64,000 nt of DNA, taken from the NCBI RefSeq assembly GCF_006345805.1, contig NC_043026.1, positions 11,532,001 to 11,596,000 on the forward strand, read 5' to 3'. Under the pieces are notes generated by a model. It was not told the origin of the DNA. It made no database searches and was given only the letters and a program-made list of their open reading frames with translations. A program made the translations under genes and the position numbers. Shown here piece after piece: positions 62,521 through 64,000 of this stretch (its first letter is position 1; every line of letters starts with the position of its first letter). Source of the stretch: Octopus sinensis (taxonomy: Eukaryota).

Positions 62521-63150
62521 CTTATTTCTTATTCAGAATTTTCAGGGATTATTTTAGATGGTGCAGATTAGGGTCATATCGGAATTAGTAGTGAAAAATC
62601 TTTTCGGAAGCGTGTAGAGGAGTTTCAATTTGCTTCCTCGACATTCTGAAAGCTGGATATCTTTTGCATCAAATTTTCTACTAATCTCTTCCTGACAGTG
62701 TAGATGACGATAATATGGGAGTTTGATGTGAAAACAAAATTTGGGGTGAAGTCGGATAATTCACAAACCAACATTGATTTCTCGTACGTTTTCAAGAGGT
62801 ACGTGAATTATCGCCACTCTTATTTTTCGTCCACACATCATATTCTTTCCGAAAAATACTTATTTCTTATTCAGAATTTTCAGGGATATATTTTAGATGA
62901 TGCAGATTGGGGTCATATCGGAATTAGTAGTGAAATGTCTTTTCGGAAGCGTGTAGAGGAGTTTCAATTTGCTTCCTCGACATTCTGAAAGCTGGATATC
63001 TTTTGCATCAAATTTTCTACTAATCTGTTCTTGAGAGTGTAGGAGTTTGATGTGAAAACAAAATTTGGGGCGAAGTCGGATAATTCACAAACCAACATTG
63101 CTTCCTCGTACGTGAATTATCGCCACTCTTATTTTTCGTCCACACATCAT
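62521..63150. repeat. About 338-bp tandem duplication
   Basis: CTTATTTCTTATTCAGAATTTTCAGGGAT at 62521 and 62859. Confidence 0.8.
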
Positions 63151-63170
63151 ATTCCGAGAAAATCATAATG

Positions 63171-63592
63171 GGCAATCTTTCGTCTCAAGTAGACCTTTCC
63201 GTCGATTTCCGTAAAAGAATTTTTTTTTTTTTTTACATATGGGCTTGCGGGAACTTTTGAAGTAATGAGAGCGAAAGAGACTAAGAGAAAACGATTGTAT
63301 GACGAGGGAAGTTCTTTTGAAGTTACCTCTGTCTCTTCACACACACTAACAGAAGCACTTCACTTACACAACATACTGTCTGTCTCCCACACCCCATCAA
63401 ACACACACACACACACATGTACATCAATGCACCCATGCACGGTAACTTCGAAAGAACTTCCCTCGTCATACAATCGCTTTCTCTTAGTCTCTTTCGCTCT
63501 CATTACTTCAAAAGTTCCCGCAAGCCCATAAGTAAAAAAAAAAAAAATTTACGGAAATCGACGGAAAGGTCTACTAGAGACGAAAGATTGCC
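63171..63592. mobile_element. GGCGATC-TIR MITE
   Basis: Same TIRs as 3370. Confidence 0.8.
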
Positions 63593-63884
63593 TATCGTTT
63601 TTATTTTAAATAATCCATTTTGCCCCTACGTATAAATCTGTCTAAATCTGTTTAATCAATGACTTCAGACAAAGCTGTGGAGAATGAAAGAACATCGATG
63701 TCTGACAAGTAACACCAAAAGGTTTTATATTACTCATGTCCAACTACTTTTACTAAAATATTTGTATTATTACATCTTACCTGTGATTCTACGTAAATCT
63801 GTGTTGATAGTGAAACATCTTCAATTACAACAATTATTCCTTTAATTACGCCACTCAGCAAAGTGTATAGTTTCGCAAAAGAAA

Positions 63885-63906
63885 TTCTAAAAAACCGACT
63901 CGGAAA
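63885..63906 (-). promoter_or_regulatory. Conserved upstream motif of ZNF-I (TATA-like part altered)
   Basis: Minus TTTCCGAGTCGGTTTTTTAGAA. Confidence 0.4.
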
Positions 63907-64000
63907 CGCAAATGACGAAATGTATTTTGTTTCTGCTTTTTAAGCTCCAAGGAAAGATATATAGGAATTATGTCTCAAACAATTAACTTGAAATTGAAAT

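Larger units (their letters stand above)
62333..63780 (-). other. Predicted 5'UTR intron of ZNF-I
   Basis: Minus CAG|GTAAG at 63781/0; TTTCAG| at 62333. Confidence 0.65.

Overview
Eukaryotic, AT-rich, repeat-dense DNA containing a tandem cluster of finger-only C2H2 zinc-finger (ZNF) genes. An octopus/coleoid origin is inferred from the finger style, cluster layout and SINE/RTE content; it was not verified by search. Nine finger arrays are present, here labelled A-I: A(-) 1039-2061, B(+) 11781-17084, C(+) 22093-23346, D(+) 26991-27785, E(+) 37070-38278, F(-) 43588-45015, G(-) 52971-54563, H(-) 56014-57223 and I(-) 60398-61986 (frameshifted). Seven of them (A,B,C,E,F,G,I) share a two-exon unit visible by self-comparison: a TTTCCGAGTCTATTTTTATAA-like motif, a CAG|GTAAG donor about 100 bp later (mutated in B), a TE-filled intron, a TTTCAG acceptor, a conserved non-coding leader of about 400 nt, then the finger ORF. 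D and H lack this unit, start mid-finger and each sits directly 3' of Helitron-like DNA. H is a mosaic of G-type and E-type fingers lodged in G's intron. B is a giant gene of about 62 finger units built from homogenised 84-, 81- and 21-bp coding minisatellites and ends in a His-heptad tail. The remainder is three SINE families, CR1/L2-like and RTE-like LINE fragments, Tc1/mariner relics, several MITE families, Helitron-like elements and microsatellites. No autonomous TE, RNA gene or CRISPR array is supported. Intron and promoter calls are comparative inferences without transcript data, and many TE boundaries are approximate.
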